From Monocercomonoides exilis PA203 (Eukaryota; Protista; Preaxostyla), in NCBI GenBank assembly GCA_001643675.2, contig LSRY02000005.1:1798001-1862000 (forward strand): a DNA stretch of 64,000 nt, given 5' to 3'. Below, piece after piece: positions 61,518-64,000 of the stretch; position 1 is the first letter of the stretch, and each line of letters starts with the position of its first letter. Below the pieces are notes generated by a model that had not been told where the DNA came from, ran no database searches, and was given only the letters and a program-made list of their open reading frames with translations. The position numbers were made by a program, and so were the translations under genes.

Positions 61518-64000
61518 AAATAGAAACAACAAATATATTCAAAAAATCATTGTCTAACCATTCTGCAACTGAAGCAGCTTCGAGTAATATGAGCCGTCGT
61601 CTGCCAGCCATATTTCTCCGCGCGGAACATCAACGCCTCGATACGGGTCATACGGCAGGTCTTTGCATTTGATGCCGCCTTTGCGAAAGGGAACAGAAAA
61701 AAGCAGCGTTGAAGAAGGAGGAAGTGCCACGTGGAGCTTCAAAGGAAGAGGCTTCTGTGGAAACGCAGTTGTGTTTGGGGGATGGGAATGAATTGTGCTT
61801 GAAGGAAGTGACTCATCGAGGGAGAAAGGAAGAGCCGAAACAGGGGCAGAGGCTGAAGTGGAGGAATGATGCGATGCGGATGAAGAAGAAGAAGGAGAAG
61901 GAGGAGGAGGAGAAGAAGAAGAAGACGGTTGCTGTGTAGCTGAATGCAAATGATGCAATTTTTGGGTGTGACGTGTGTGTGCAAGCTTCAGAAGAGATTG
62001 GTTCTGCTTGTTTGTTTTTGTGCGGAAGAAAGAAAGATCTTTCTCGTCTGGCTGGCCATAGGCTACACGAATGTCTGTAAATAACAGTGAGAAATAAATA
62101 ATTCAAAAAAGAAAGAAAGAAAGAAAGAAAGAAAATCATTAAAAAATGATTCTGAACAACAAAATTTCACACATTCATCGCAGTTCACCTGCGTTCCGTG
62201 AGTCCAGTTGACCTGCAGCGTTTGCCTCAGTCTGTTTGGAGAAGAAGAGTTGTGTTTGATAAGAACGCATTCGCTTCTGTGCAGAAACAAGTCCATAAAC
62301 TTTGGATATTCAGCCACATACACAAAATGAAGTGCTTCGTCTTCATTTTCAGCAGTTTCATTGCGAAAAGAGCTTATCGAATTGGAAAAGACATAATTTC
62401 CACTTGTCTTTTGTGATGTATGTTTGGATTCATAACTTGAAGATCTGTCCTCTTTCATCCCTTTCAAAGAATTTTGCTTGAAGTGTTCTTGAATGAAGTG
62501 AGCTTTCGTGTTTGTGAATGAATGGACAACTTGCATTTCCTGCCCCGTCGGCTTTCCTGTCAGAAAACGGCGTGCAACCAGCGGAAGAGACGGAGACTGC
62601 AAGTGGAGCGGCACCTGGCTTTCTGTTGGGAGGTCACGGAGGCTGATGAAATGAGTGTTATTCGAAAAAAATGGATGATCCTGCTGAGAGGCTGATGATG
62701 TGTGCGTTGAATTCGCACCAACTGGTATGTCAATAAGTGAATACAATAGCTTTGCGCCAGAAGCTGTCTTGTCTTTGTTTTCTGAATGATCGCCTTGACT
62801 TGCCTCAACAGGATGTATTAGAGAAAATGGATTGATTTCTGCCAAAGATGATATTCTTTCGCATTCCCCCGGTGTTTTGCACAAATGCTTCAAGCAGCTA
62901 ATAGTATTCTGATTTTCTGTTGCCGCTTTTCCTTCATTCTCTTTGTCATCATTGGAATAATTTCTAATCTTCTCTCTATTTTCCTCTTCCATTGCCTCAC
63001 TCTCTTGCCCATGTGCACAGCTCAGCAATGACAGATCAAGATAGACGTGCGTGTCAGTTGTAGAAAATGGATTGTGCAGCAAAGATGCATTGAATCTGAG
63101 TGATTCTTCTCCCACATCCACAACAGCCGTGAGCGTTTGAACAAAGTGAAGAATATGTTGCTGCTTTGATTGATCTCTTATCGGTCCATCTGAGTTATTT
63201 GTTGAATTTTTGTCTCCATTTGTGCGCAAATGCTGGTCCTTCCTCACAGAAAGATGATAATTCATTTCTAAGAATTGTGCAGAATTCAACTTTTTTACCG
63301 ATAAAAAGCTCAAAAATGTTTTGTGTAAATTATTCTCACGTAAAAGTGAACGCCCTGGTATAAATGAAAAAAAAGTCGCAAAATCATCAGTTGATATGAC
63401 TTCTCGTGGATTTTGAAAAATATGTGAATGCCCTTTTGTAAATCATAATATTAATATTGTCGAGTTAAATAAATAATCTTTTTAACCATAATGTGGTGAA
63501 TTAGACATGCAAAAGTGCTCCGTTTTTATTGTGTCAGAAAATAATGATGGAAAAGAAAATCCAAAAACTTGGCCAAGCAAGTTGTTCACTTTTGAAGTTT
63601 CGCAATACGTTCTAAATATCAAAAAATTGCATAATTGATAATTATATCAAAATACCTTTTCATAGGGAATGTAATTACTTGTTCAGCCCCAATGGGTGAA
63701 ATAGGATTTATAAGGCTTCCGAAATCTTTTTTCCATTTTCCTTTTGTGTGATGTTGAAGGAAAAAAGTTGACTTCGAACGTGCAAAATCAAATTTCAGCA
63801 TCCGCGAAAATATCCATGATTCTTGCACTTCAAAAAAATAAAATAAGTTAATGATTTAAAAGAAATATGATTGCGTACAAGAATGTATTGTGCTGTATTC
63901 AGTTTCCTGAACAATATGATAATGAACAATAACTTTTGAGGAAGATATTGGACGTATCAAAAATTCTTCTCCGAGGCTATCACTTGCATTTTCAAGTGAG
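61090..64000 (-). CDS. PIGT: GPI transamidase subunit PIG-T/Gpi16 (divergent), multi-exon, 5' end beyond the right edge
   Basis: Colinear PIG-T-like motifs: DSLGEEFLIRP, TKGKW....SPIGAE, PREVIST, ARRFLTG, YPKFMDLFLH, LPPSST....F.K, PYDPYRG.DVP, DQPMYYNV followed by a TM helix and a C-terminal KKxx signal (KKTE). Confidence 0.8.

Overview
AT-rich, intron-rich eukaryotic DNA in the standard genetic code. The gene families resemble those of the oxymonad Monocercomonoides (inference, not searched). Host genes include a TRAF-type zinc-finger protein, an EF-hand/acidic protein, an LRR-WW-Zn-HECT E3 ligase, a DENN-domain protein, a disrupted ~9 kb receptor-like surface protein with a kinase-like tail, an extended UDP-sugar epimerase, DENR/Tma22 and a divergent PIG-T/Gpi16. 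The most notable region is a nested mobile-element island at 12.9-22.9 kb. It holds a 1.5 kb near-perfect foldback palindrome and an 8.3 kb hAT-like element defined by perfect 15-bp TIRs and a perfect 8-bp target-site duplication. That element contains an intact DIRS-type tyrosine-recombinase retrotransposon (ITRs, ICR, three overlapping ORFs, non-canonical recombinase motif) and an intron-retaining pseudogene paralogous to the host gene just outside it. A TA-flanked MITE and a second long palindrome lie at 55.7-57.7 kb. All calls were read by eye; exon boundaries of multi-exon genes are approximate.
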